Assembly: GCA_038062115.1 (NCBI GenBank)
Contig: JBBTXS010000008.1
Location: forward strand, 12,484 to 76,483
Reading direction: 5' to 3'
From: Patescibacteria group bacterium
GTDB taxonomy: Bacteria > Patescibacteriota > Microgenomatia > Levybacterales > UBA12049
DNA: 64,000 nucleotides
Positions 26,717 to 34,917 of the stretch are shown here, piece after piece; the first letter of the stretch is position 1, and each line of letters opens with the position of its first letter. Made by a program: the position numbers and the translations under genes. The notes beneath the pieces are model-generated. The model did no database searches. It was not told where the DNA came from and saw only the letters and a program-made list of their open reading frames with translations.

Positions 26717-28831
26717 ATGCGAAGGAGACATTATAGGAGGGGTAAATTTAAGCTAAAGCTTAGAAAGGGTACAATTTACTCTATTTTTTCCTTTGGCTTA
26801 ATTGCGACTGGATTAATACTGCTGTTATCGTTTACCAAAAACGGAACAGCCTTTATTAGTATTAGCGATAATTTAGATAAAAATTTTGGGGTAATGTCTT
26901 TTTTTGCTCCTTTTATACTAATATTTTTTGGCTTTTTGTTTTTAAGAATCAAGATATTTTTATCTAAGCCTAATATTTCGATAGGATTTTTGCTTTTTTT
27001 TCTTAGTCTTGATGCAATACTTAAAGGAGGACGAACAGGAGAATATCTTTTTGGGATGCTAGCGGATATCTTGTCGGGACTTGGAGCAACTATTGTATAT
27101 ATAGCAGGTATACTTATTGGTCTTATTGTATTTTTTGATACATCAATAGATGAGATAGTAGATTTTTTTGCTCTACTTCTTCGCAATATTTATCGATTTT
27201 TCCCAACTAAACTTTTTGCTTTTTTCAAGACAAAAAAGCCTATTAGTTTTAGAGACAAGCAGATGACAATAAAGGGTGGTGGAATAAGAGAACTGCCCAA
27301 CCTTTCTCATAGTGATATTAAGTATAAAACACCAGTTGTTAAAAAAGATCTGCCTATTCTTTCGGATAAACTAGTAAGCAATCCATTAAATGCAAGTGGC
27401 ATTTGGGAATACCCACCTTATTCGCTTTTGTCCGATGTCGCGAACCAAAAAGCAGAAAGAGGAGACATAAAAAGAGTAGCATCGGTTATAGAAAAAACAT
27501 TACAAAGTTTTGGGATTGGAGCAAAAGTTGTGGAAGTAAACTTGGGTCCAGCAGTTACTCAATACGCTTTGGAGATTGCTTTGGGAACTAAAGTCTCAAA
27601 AATTACCTCTTTATCTAATGATCTTGCTTTAGCAACCGAGGCTCCAACTGGCCAAATTAGAATTGAGGCTCCTATTCCTGGCAGAAACTTGGTTGGCATT
27701 GAAATACCAAATAGAAGCTTAGAGATCGTAACCCTAAGAATAATGTTAGAGTCAAACGTCATGCAAAAAAGCAAATCCAAACTTACTGTGTCGCTTGGGC
27801 TTGATGTATCTGGTAGTCCTGTGGTTTCGGATATCGCGAAAATGCCGCATGTTTTAATTGCTGGAACAACGGGCTCTGGAAAATCTGTTCTTATAAACTC
27901 TTTTATTTCATCGCTTCTTTTTAGAGCATCGCCTAACGAACTAAAACTTATTCTTATTGATCCAAAAAGAGTTGAGTTATTGGGTTACAACGGCATACCA
28001 CATTTAATGACAGGAGTTATAGTTGAGGTTGAAAAGATACTCGCTTCTTTAAAGTGGGCAATGGAGGAGATGGATAGACGGTATAAAACATTTGCAGCAA
28101 GTGGGGTTAGAAATATAGATTCGTATAATGAGCTAGCGGGTTTTCAATCGTTGCCGTACATTGTTATTTTTATAGACGAGTTGGCAGATCTTATGGCATT
28201 TGCGCCAGTTGAGGTGGAAGACGCAATTGCTCGTCTTGCGCAGATGGCAAGAGCAACAGGTATGCATCTTGTGGTATCGACTCAAAGGCCATCCGTTGAT
28301 GTTATAACTGGGCTTATTAAAGCAAATATTCCATGCAGAATTGCTTTTAATGTTTCCTCCATGGTCGACTCAAGAGTTATTATTGACACGCCTGGAGCGG
28401 AAAAACTTTTGGGACGTGGAGATATGCTTTATATTCCGCCCGACCAAGCAAAGCCAACGCGTATACAAGGGGCATTTGTTTCGGAAAAAGAGGTAAAAAA
28501 GCTAGTTGATTTTCTGAAATTAAAAAATCCACCTGTTGAGTATACAGAAGAAATTACTTCTCGACCTCTTGTTGTCAAAAAAATTGGAGGATCTCTTGGA
28601 ACAGATGGTAAAGATGCTTTGTTTGAGGAGGCAATAAGAATCGTGTGTCAGTACGATAGAGCTTCGGCGTCTCTTCTTCAGAGACGTCTTTCTATTGGAT
28701 ATTCACGTGCAGCACGGATTTTGGATCAACTGGAAGAAAAAGGAGTAGTTAGCCATGCAGAAGGATCAAAGCCTAGAGATGTTCTTGCAAAGAATGCAGA
28801 TGAAATAATCAATAGTCTAAACCAAGGATAA
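26717..28831 (+). CDS. ftsK: DNA translocase FtsK/SpoIIIE
   Basis: N-terminal TM helices. Walker A GTTGSGKSV, FIDELADLM Walker B region, C-terminal winged-helix gamma domain ASASLLQRRLSIGYSRAARILDQLEEKGVV. Start set at ATG 26717 (MRRRHYRRGKF). The ORF-track start TTG 26639 lies inside MITE copy B. Confidence 0.85.
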   Translation: MRRRHYRRGKFKLKLRKGTIYSIFSFGLIATGLILLLSFTKNGTAFISISDNLDKNFGVMSFFAPFILIFFGFLFLRIKIFLSKPNISIGFLLFFLSLDAILKGGRTGEYLFGMLADILSGLGATIVYIAGILIGLIVFFDTSIDEIVDFFALLLRNIYRFFPTKLFAFFKTKKPISFRDKQMTIKGGGIRELPNLSHSDIKYKTPVVKKDLPILSDKLVSNPLNASGIWEYPPYSLLSDVANQKAERGDIKRVASVIEKTLQSFGIGAKVVEVNLGPAVTQYALEIALGTKVSKITSLSNDLALATEAPTGQIRIEAPIPGRNLVGIEIPNRSLEIVTLRIMLESNVMQKSKSKLTVSLGLDVSGSPVVSDIAKMPHVLIAGTTGSGKSVLINSFISSLLFRASPNELKLILIDPKRVELLGYNGIPHLMTGVIVEVEKILASLKWAMEEMDRRYKTFAASGVRNIDSYNELAGFQSLPYIVIFIDELADLMAFAPVEVEDAIARLAQMARATGMHLVVSTQRPSVDVITGLIKANIPCRIAFNVSSMVDSRVIIDTPGAEKLLGRGDMLYIPPDQAKPTRIQGAFVSEKEVKKLVDFLKLKNPPVEYTEEITSRPLVVKKIGGSLGTDGKDALFEEAIRIVCQYDRASASLLQRRLSIGYSRAARILDQLEEKGVVSHAEGSKPRDVLAKNADEIINSLNQG

Positions 28832-28843
28832 AATTCGAATTTT

Positions 28844-29476
28844 ATGGTAAAAGCTGGGCAAAGACTAAGATCACAGAGATTAAAAAAGGGCTTAACGCTT
28901 GAAGAAGTTTCAAAAGCAACAAAAATTAAGGTGCCGTTTCTTTTGGCTATAGAAAAAGGAGAATATCAAAAGTTGCCACCAGCGACCTATGCGCAAGGTT
29001 TTGTAAGGAATTACGCTGGGTTTTTAGGTATGTCGGAAAGAGAGATTTTGGCTATCTTTAGAAGGGAATACGATGAGGAAAAAGTAGTTAAGGTTCTGCC
29101 AGAAGGTCTTCTAAAAAGAGAAGACTTTCCACTTAAAAGATTTCGACTCCAACAAGCTACAAAACTTATAATTTTTATTTTTATTATTCTCTTGGGATAT
29201 ATACTTTTTCAGTATAGGTATGCAATTATTGATCCGCCTGTTCAAATTGACTATCCAAATGAAAACGAAGTTGTTTTTTCACAAACAATTAAAGTAGCAG
29301 GCAGAACTGATCCAAATGCTTCTCTCTTTGTGAATAATGACTCCGTGTCTTTGGATAGCAGTGGAAATTTTAAAAAAGCTCTTACCGTATTTACAGGCAA
29401 AACAACGATTACAATAAAAGTGATCAATTATTTTGGTAGAGAAACGGTTGTTGAAAGACATATAGAGGTAAAATAA
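28844..29476 (+). CDS. RodZ-like HTH membrane protein
   Basis: 210 aa. XRE-type HTH GQRLRSQRLKKGLTLEEVSKATKIKVPFLLAIEKGEYQKLP, a central TM helix, and a C-terminal beta domain. Confidence 0.6.
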   Translation: MVKAGQRLRSQRLKKGLTLEEVSKATKIKVPFLLAIEKGEYQKLPPATYAQGFVRNYAGFLGMSEREILAIFRREYDEEKVVKVLPEGLLKREDFPLKRFRLQQATKLIIFIFIILLGYILFQYRYAIIDPPVQIDYPNENEVVFSQTIKVAGRTDPNASLFVNNDSVSLDSSGNFKKALTVFTGKTTITIKVINYFGRETVVERHIEVK

Positions 29477-29830
29477 AATGTAGTCTCTTCATCCTCCTTT
29501 GGATGAAAGTTTAATATAAGGAATTCCTTAAACTACTTGAGTAGAAGCGGAAAAGTTTTTTTACCCCCTCTTATTTATAGATTAGGTAGAGGCCAATCGT
29601 CATTAGTAAAATTGCTATTGCTTTAATGCCCAAAGTTTTTGTGCTAAGTTCCTCTTTAAGTATTTTTGGCACCTATCAAAAGTTTATCTACAATATTATC
29701 CCCTGCCCATAAAGCCCGAGATATAAGAGTAAAAATTACCCAATTCATTCCTATGTAATTATATCAAGAATTCGGATTCAGGGAAATTTTTGAGGCTTGT
29801 TTTCTGTCACCTATAATAGTCTTATAGTTT

Positions 29831-29901
29831 TCGGGGAACGGAGAATTGAACTCCGACCACACCCACCCCATGGGCGCATTCTACCGTTAAACTACTCCCC
29901 G
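29831..29901 (-). tRNA. tRNA-Pro (anticodon GGG)
   Basis: Minus-strand sequence CGGGGAG TA GTTT AACGGTA GAAT G CGCCC ATGGGGT GGGTG TGGT CGGAG TTCAATT CTCCG TTCCCCG A folds as a 71-nt cloverleaf. 7-bp acceptor stem (one G-U), T arm CGGAG/CTCCG with TTCAATT loop, anticodon loop AU-GGG-GU. No encoded CCA. Confidence 0.85.
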
Positions 29902-29930
29902 TTCTGTAATGCAGAATTAAAAATTACCTC

Positions 29931-29958
29931 TTGTATTTTATCACAAAAGTATTACAAT
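29931..29958 (+). promoter_or_regulatory. Candidate promoter for recA
   Basis: TTGTAT (29931..29936), 16-nt spacer, TACAAT (29953..29958). The ATG is only 9 nt downstream, implying a very short or absent leader. Confidence 0.35.
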
Positions 29959-29967
29959 GGGCATGCT

Positions 29968-31056
29968 ATGGGCAGGACTCCTAATTCTCAAAAAAACAAA
30001 CTTCCAAATGGCCCAACGGAATCATCGCAAAAGCTTGCTGCAGTAAGACTTGCAATGGAGCAAATAGAGAAACAGTATGGTCGTGGTTCTATAATGCGGC
30101 TTGGAGAGGCAGGACAAAAGTTTGATATTTCGGTTATCTCGACAGGCTGCCTTCCTTTAGATTTGGCACTAGGCGTTGGTGGAGTACCAAGAGGAAGAAT
30201 TATAGAAATTTTTGGACCCGAAGCATCTGGGAAAACAACGGTTTGTTTATCTATTATTGCTCAGGCGCAAAAGCACGGCGGCATTGCTGCATTTATAGAT
30301 GCCGAGCACGCCCTGGATCCTTTATGGGCGCAAAGATTAGGTGTCAAGCTTGACGAGCTTTTGATTTCCCAACCTGACACAGGGGAACAGGCGCTTGAAA
30401 TTGCCGAAAGTCTTATTCGAAGCGGTGGTATTGATGTTTTGGTTGTAGATTCGGTAGCAGCACTAGTACCAAGGGCAGAGATAGAAGGAGAAATGGGCGA
30501 TGCGATGATGGGACTTCAGGCGAGGCTTATGTCTCAGGCATTGCGGAAACTAACAGGAGTTATTTCTAAATCAAAAACAGTTGCTATTTTTACTAATCAG
30601 TTGCGTCAAAAAATAGGCGTAATGTTTGGCAATCCCGAGACAACAACTGGCGGTTTGGCTCTAAAGTTTTATGCATCTATCCGTATGGATGTTCGAAAGA
30701 TAGAAACGCTTAAAGATGGGGATAAAGCGATTGGGTCGCGGCACAGAGTAAAAATAGTTAAGAATAAAGTTTCTGCTCCTTTTAGAATTGCGGAGTTTGA
30801 TGTAATGGGAGATACTGGCATATCGCGTGAGGGGGGAATTGTAGATGTTGGGGTTGAGATGGGAATTATCCAAAAGTCCGGAGCATTTTATAAATTTGTA
30901 GATTTGATGTTAGGACAAGGTAAAGAAGCAGTAAAGATGTTTCTTAAGGAAAAGCCAGACGTTGCAAAGAAAATTGTTGATGAGATTTTAAAGAAAAATA
31001 AAACTTCAGGAACTCCGGTTGAGGTGGGGGTTGAGGAAAAAGAACTAGCCGCGTAA
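29968..31056 (+). CDS. recA: Recombinase RecA
   Basis: [19 protein letters not shown], Walker [41 protein letters not shown]. Start set at ATG 29968 (MGRTPNSQ) because the ORF-track N-terminal extension is antisense to the tRNA-Pro gene. Confidence 0.95.
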   Translation: MGRTPNSQKNKLPNGPTESSQKLAAVRLAMEQIEKQYGRGSIMRLGEAGQKFDISVISTGCLPLDLALGVGGVPRGRIIEIFGPEASGKTTVCLSIIAQAQKHGGIAAFIDAEHALDPLWAQRLGVKLDELLISQPDTGEQALEIAESLIRSGGIDVLVVDSVAALVPRAEIEGEMGDAMMGLQARLMSQALRKLTGVISKSKTVAIFTNQLRQKIGVMFGNPETTTGGLALKFYASIRMDVRKIETLKDGDKAIGSRHRVKIVKNKVSAPFRIAEFDVMGDTGISREGGIVDVGVEMGIIQKSGAFYKFVDLMLGQGKEAVKMFLKEKPDVAKKIVDEILKKNKTSGTPVEVGVEEKELAA

Positions 31057-31065
31057 AATTCCCTC

Positions 31066-31095
31066 TTGACACCAGAATAAATAGTCGGGTAGTAT
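31066..31095 (+). promoter_or_regulatory. Candidate promoter for lexA
   Basis: TTGACA (31066..31071), 18-nt spacer, TAGTAT (31090..31095), 8 nt upstream of ATG 31104. Confidence 0.35.
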
Positions 31096-31103
31096 ACGAA
31101 TAT

Positions 31104-31742
31104 ATGAATCTGCCCGTTACTTCTCGTCAAAAACAAATGCTGTCCATTATTTACAATTATATAAAAAATACTGGTTATCCTCCGACATTTGAAGAAATGC
31201 GTAAACAATTAGGCGTTTCCTCTAACCAGTCTGTTTTAGATCTTCTTAATAAGCTTGAAAAACATAGAATAATTAAACGCAATGAATCGGTTGCTCGTAG
31301 CATTGCAATTTTACCATTAGGGTATGAAGTTCTTGGAAAACCTCCTCTTGTTCCTTTTTTGGGAATTTCCCATGCTGGTTCCCCTATTACGGCAATTGAG
31401 ATTCAAGGCGAGTGGCAAACGCTATCTCCAAATGTTGCGCGATTAAATGAAGAAGTATTCCTTATTAGAGTTTCTGGAGACTCTATGATTAACGCTAGCA
31501 TTGAGGATGGAGATATAGTTTTGGTTAAAAATCAAAAAGAATTTGTTTCAGGAGACATTGTTTTGGCCGACATTGATGGAGAATCCGCAATAAAGCGGTT
31601 TATCTCCCAGGATAAGCCCCCATATTTGTATCTAAAACCTGAAAATCCAAATTATCCAATTATACATTTCACGAGCACGGTGGAAATGAAAGGAAAAATC
31701 ATATCAGTGTTAAAAGGCGGCCAGTGGCTATCTATAAACTAA
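31104..31742 (+). CDS. lexA: LexA repressor (S24 peptidase)
   Basis: 212 aa. N-terminal winged helix (GYPPTFEEMRKQLGVSSNQSVLDLLNKLEKHRIIKR), Ala-Gly cleavage site in ISHAGSPI, catalytic Ser in VSGDSMINA and Lys in SAIKRF. Confidence 0.85.
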   Translation: MNLPVTSRQKQMLSIIYNYIKNTGYPPTFEEMRKQLGVSSNQSVLDLLNKLEKHRIIKRNESVARSIAILPLGYEVLGKPPLVPFLGISHAGSPITAIEIQGEWQTLSPNVARLNEEVFLIRVSGDSMINASIEDGDIVLVKNQKEFVSGDIVLADIDGESAIKRFISQDKPPYLYLKPENPNYPIIHFTSTVEMKGKIISVLKGGQWLSIN

Positions 31743-31746
31743 ATAT

Positions 31747-33693
31747 ATGCCAACAGTCAAGCAGAATAAGGTACTTGGAGTTTTAGATAAAATATTTAAA
31801 GATCCAAGCGTTGTTTATGGCCTAAAAGAATTTGAGGGCATAAACTTTGAAGAGGTATTGTACGTATGGGAAGAAGACAAACGTTTCTATATAAAGGATA
31901 TAAAATCGGGTAATCCAAGAGTTGTCTTTGATGAGCAAAAACAAAGCAGCAAACCCGAAGAGATTATCCGTCAACTATGGCTTTATAAGCTGCACAGCAA
32001 TCTAAAATATCCACTCGATCGGCTTGAAACAGAAAAGAGTATCCACTTTGGAAGGGAAATTCACGCAAAAGCAGCAGACATAATCGTTTATAAAGAAGAT
32101 AAAGTTACCCCTTATATCATTGTCGAAGTAAAAAGCCCAAGTGAGGAAAAAGGAATAGATCAGCTAAAAAGCTATCTTAATGCGGAAGGATGTGAAATTG
32201 GCATTTGGTCAAATGGTATTGATCGGGTTATTCTATACCGTAACTATCCGAATCAATTTGAAGATACACTTTCAGAAATCCCACCAGCAGATAAAACAAT
32301 AGACGATATTTTAAGCGAGAAAAAAACACTTGGAGATACAGATTCGAAATATGATCTTAAGAGTGCCATAAAAATTATGGAAGAGTTAGTTTTAGCCAAC
32401 GCCGGCGTTGATGTTTTTACTGAAGTGTTTAAGCTAATTTATGCGAAGTTATATGATGAGATAGAAGCAGAAAAAAGACTGGATAACGAGATATTGTTTC
32501 GTAAATATAAAGATCCTCAAAAAACGTACTCTGCTATAAACAGTTTATTTAGAAGTGCTATTAGTAAGTGGCCAGATATTTTTTATGAGCAGGAAGTTAT
32601 TCGTCTATCGCCAGAGCACTTGTCGGTAGTTATAGGAGAGATGGAAAAAGCAAAACTTTTTGGCGCGGACATTTCGATTATTGATGAAGCGTTTGAATAC
32701 CTTATCCCGGAAGTTGCTAAGGGCAAAAAAGGACAATATTTTACTCCGCGTCATGTTATTGCCATGGCGGTAAAAATGCTCAACCCCAAACCAGACGAAT
32801 ATGTTATTGATCCCGCGGCAGGTTCTGGAGGATTTCTTATTTCTGCCATGCGTTGGGTTGATGAACAGTATACTAAAAATAACCAATCTAAACAAGAATA
32901 TGCTCAGCAGTATTTATATGGAGTAGACTTTGCCGACGAGACAGCAAAAGTGTCGCGAGCACTCATGCTTATTGCTGGAGACGGACGTTCCCATCTTTTT
33001 AAGCTTAACTCCCTTGATCCAAGAGAGTGGCAGGGAGAAAAGGACGAAAAATTGCACGCGAGACGAGAACTTCGTCAAAGACTGCTTAGGTATGAAGAGT
33101 ATGACGAAAAAGAGCAAAACGAAAAAACGTTCAAAAATTTTTCTTTTGACGTTTTACTTACTAACCCGCCATTTGCTGGAGAATTAAGAGATCCTGGGCT
33201 TTTAAGGCAATATGAGTTTGGCAAAAAGAACGGGAAGTTAGTGAATAAAGTTGAGCGTCATATTTTATTTATTGAGCGGGCGCTAGAGTTTGTAAAACCA
33301 GAAGGCAGAGTTGCAATAGTGTTGCCGCAAGGGGTTTTCAATAATACCAATATGGAATACATCCGTGAATGGTTGTTTGACAAAGCGCGAATACTTGCAG
33401 TCGTAGGCCTTCATGGTAATACGTTCAAGCCGCATACAGGAACCAAAACCTCGGTTTTATTCTTACAAAAATGGAGCGAGGATGAACAACCGCTAAAAGA
33501 CTATCCCATTTTTATGGCTGTTTCTAAAAAAGCAGGTAAAGATAACTCTGGAGAGTATGTTTATAAAAAAGACGAAAGCGGAAATTTTGTCTACAACGCC
33601 AATGGTCGCAAAGTCCTCGATCACGACCTCGACCAAATCGCAGAAAACTTTATTAAGTTTGCAAAAGATCAAGGATTTAGTTTTTGGAGGTGA
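31747..33693 (+). CDS. N6-adenine DNA methyltransferase with N-terminal PD-(D/E)XK (HSDR_N-type) nuclease domain
   Basis: 648 aa. Nuclease core AADIIVY...YIIVEVKSP (D...ExK). AdoMet motif VIDPAAGSGGFLISA. Catalytic motif LTNPPFAG (NPPF). Starts 4 nt after the lexA stop. Confidence 0.8.
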   Translation: MPTVKQNKVLGVLDKIFKDPSVVYGLKEFEGINFEEVLYVWEEDKRFYIKDIKSGNPRVVFDEQKQSSKPEEIIRQLWLYKLHSNLKYPLDRLETEKSIHFGREIHAKAADIIVYKEDKVTPYIIVEVKSPSEEKGIDQLKSYLNAEGCEIGIWSNGIDRVILYRNYPNQFEDTLSEIPPADKTIDDILSEKKTLGDTDSKYDLKSAIKIMEELVLANAGVDVFTEVFKLIYAKLYDEIEAEKRLDNEILFRKYKDPQKTYSAINSLFRSAISKWPDIFYEQEVIRLSPEHLSVVIGEMEKAKLFGADISIIDEAFEYLIPEVAKGKKGQYFTPRHVIAMAVKMLNPKPDEYVIDPAAGSGGFLISAMRWVDEQYTKNNQSKQEYAQQYLYGVDFADETAKVSRALMLIAGDGRSHLFKLNSLDPREWQGEKDEKLHARRELRQRLLRYEEYDEKEQNEKTFKNFSFDVLLTNPPFAGELRDPGLLRQYEFGKKNGKLVNKVERHILFIERALEFVKPEGRVAIVLPQGVFNNTNMEYIREWLFDKARILAVVGLHGNTFKPHTGTKTSVLFLQKWSEDEQPLKDYPIFMAVSKKAGKDNSGEYVYKKDESGNFVYNANGRKVLDHDLDQIAENFIKFAKDQGFSFWR

Positions 33694-33707
33694 CACAATC
33701 TTATTGT

Positions 33708-33756
33708 GTCATTCCCGCGAAACTTGTCCTCGAGAAATCGAGGAGCGGGAATCCAG
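33708..33756. repeat. Palindromic element (GTCATTCCCGCG...CGGGAATCCAG variant)
   Basis: Has the ends of the GTCATTCCCGCGAAAGCGGGAATCC hairpin family, with an inserted inner hairpin CCTCGAGAAATCGAGG. Lies between the methylase stop and the GIY-YIG gene. Confidence 0.7.
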
Positions 33757-33765
33757 AAAAATCAT

Positions 33766-34119
33766 ATGAAAAACTATTGTGTCTATATATTAGCAAGCAA
33801 AAGAAATGGAACGCTCTATATCGGTGTTACCAACAATTTAGAGAGAAGAATATATGAACATAAAAATAATATCATTAAAGGCTTTACTGCAAAATATAAC
33901 GTTCATCAGCTTGTTTATTTCGAGCAAACAGTAGATATTAATTCAGCTTTGCAAAGAGAAAAGCAGCTTAAGAAATGGAATCGGAAATGGAAACTTGCTT
34001 TAATCGAAAAAGAAAACCCCAATTGGGAGGATTTATCGGAGAGCTGGATGCCCGATCAGAGCTTGCCCCGTACGCGATACGGGGTCGGGCATGACAAAAA
34101 GGAAGCGGGGATTTATTAG
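33766..34119 (+). CDS. GIY-YIG nuclease family protein (small stand-alone type)
   Basis: YCVYILASKRNGTLYIGVTNNLERRIYEHK carries the GIY and YIG beta-strands, Arg and Glu. Start set at ATG 33766 (MKNYCVYIL) because the upstream part of the ORF-track model translates the palindromic repeat. The last ~20 codons also run into a palindromic element. Confidence 0.8.
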   Translation: MKNYCVYILASKRNGTLYIGVTNNLERRIYEHKNNIIKGFTAKYNVHQLVYFEQTVDINSALQREKQLKKWNRKWKLALIEKENPNWEDLSESWMPDQSLPRTRYGVGHDKKEAGIY

Positions 34120-34130
34120 TAGCTCTTGGT

Positions 34131-34321
34131 GTCATTCCCGCGAAAGCGGGAATCCAGAGAAAGATTACGACTGGATTCCCAATCAAGTTGGGAATGACAA
34201 AGTGATAGAAGGATAAATTAAACGATTTAGTTTTTGGAGGTAGCGAGGCTGTCATTCCCGCGAAAGCGGGAATCCAGAGAAAGAAGACAACTGGATTCCC
34301 AATCAAGTTGGGAATGACAAA
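34131..34321. repeat. Two tandem copies (120-bp period) of a double-hairpin palindromic element
   Basis: GTCATTCCCGCGAAAGCGGGAATCCAGAGAAAGA..AC..CTGGATTCCCAATCAAGTTGGGAATGACAAA occurs at 34131..34201 and 34251..34321. Each copy is followed by a copy of the 18-nt methylase 3' end. Confidence 0.85.
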
Positions 34322-34353
34322 GAGAGAGCGAGGGTTTAGTTTTTGGAGGTAAT

Positions 34354-34917
34354 ATGACAAAAGATGACCTTGAATTAGCAAAACAAGAATTTACTCGTGA
34401 TAGAGATCTTTGGACAGACTTATTACTTAAAAGACGTTTTTACTACCAAGATTTACTTACAAGAGTTACCGATCGACAAGTTAATCATATACTAACACTT
34501 ACTACTATTGCTGTCGCTTTAATTTCTATAGTTATTCCGATTACAAACTTGCCATTTTTTTCTATAATTCCATTTTGTTTGTTAAGTCTTAGTATCATTC
34601 TGGGAACTAGTTTAGTTTTATATACAATATTTCATGATAAAAATGGTATTCCCAAGACAAGAGATGCTGAGGTAGAAATTTATTCCAAATTCCAGTCAGC
34701 GGCCAACAGCAATTTTAACAAGGCTTACTCTGGAAATCTTACTTGGAATGATGTGAAGGATTATTTTGATTTAAGAAAAACGATCGAGGAAGATTTATCT
34801 AAGTTGAAGCCCAATAAAATTCTAGAGAAATTAAAAGATACTGTATACATCTCTTTTCTTGTTACCTTCTTCTTAGGATTAATAATTTTTTTGGGCTTAT
34901 TCTTTTATAAATATTAA
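34354..34917 (+). CDS. Three-TM membrane protein of unknown function, translationally coupled to the S subunit
   Basis: 187 aa. Helices ILTLTTIAVALISIVIPI, FSIIPFCLLSLSIILGTSLVLYTIF, VYISFLVTFFLGLIIFLGLFFY. A ~75-aa soluble loop. Stop and next start overlap as TAATG at 34915..34919. Confidence 0.6.
   Translation: MTKDDLELAKQEFTRDRDLWTDLLLKRRFYYQDLLTRVTDRQVNHILTLTTIAVALISIVIPITNLPFFSIIPFCLLSLSIILGTSLVLYTIFHDKNGIPKTRDAEVEIYSKFQSAANSNFNKAYSGNLTWNDVKDYFDLRKTIEEDLSKLKPNKILEKLKDTVYISFLVTFFLGLIIFLGLFFYKY

Noticed and set aside
29902-29916. Palindrome TTCTG-taatg-CAGAA upstream of recA as a LexA operator
   Set aside because: No similar sequence lies upstream of lexA or elsewhere I looked. It abuts the 5' end of the tRNA gene and matches no known LexA box family that I can recall.
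29797-29967. N-terminal 57-codon extension of recA in the ORF track (TTG start)
   Set aside because: It runs antisense through the tRNA-Pro gene. Canonical RecA sequence begins after ATG 29968.
20387-33693. Alternative genetic code (UGA recoding, as in some CPR lineages)
   Set aside because: TGA terminates well-delimited genes at expected lengths, for example transketolase N at 20387..20389 and the methylase at 33691..33693. Conserved proteins are full length under the standard code.
34131-34353. Possible CRISPR array (regularly spaced 120-bp repeats)
   Set aside because: There are only two units. The units are long double hairpins of the dispersed TGTCAT...ATGACA family. The material between them is a duplicated gene end, not unique spacers. 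There are no cas genes.
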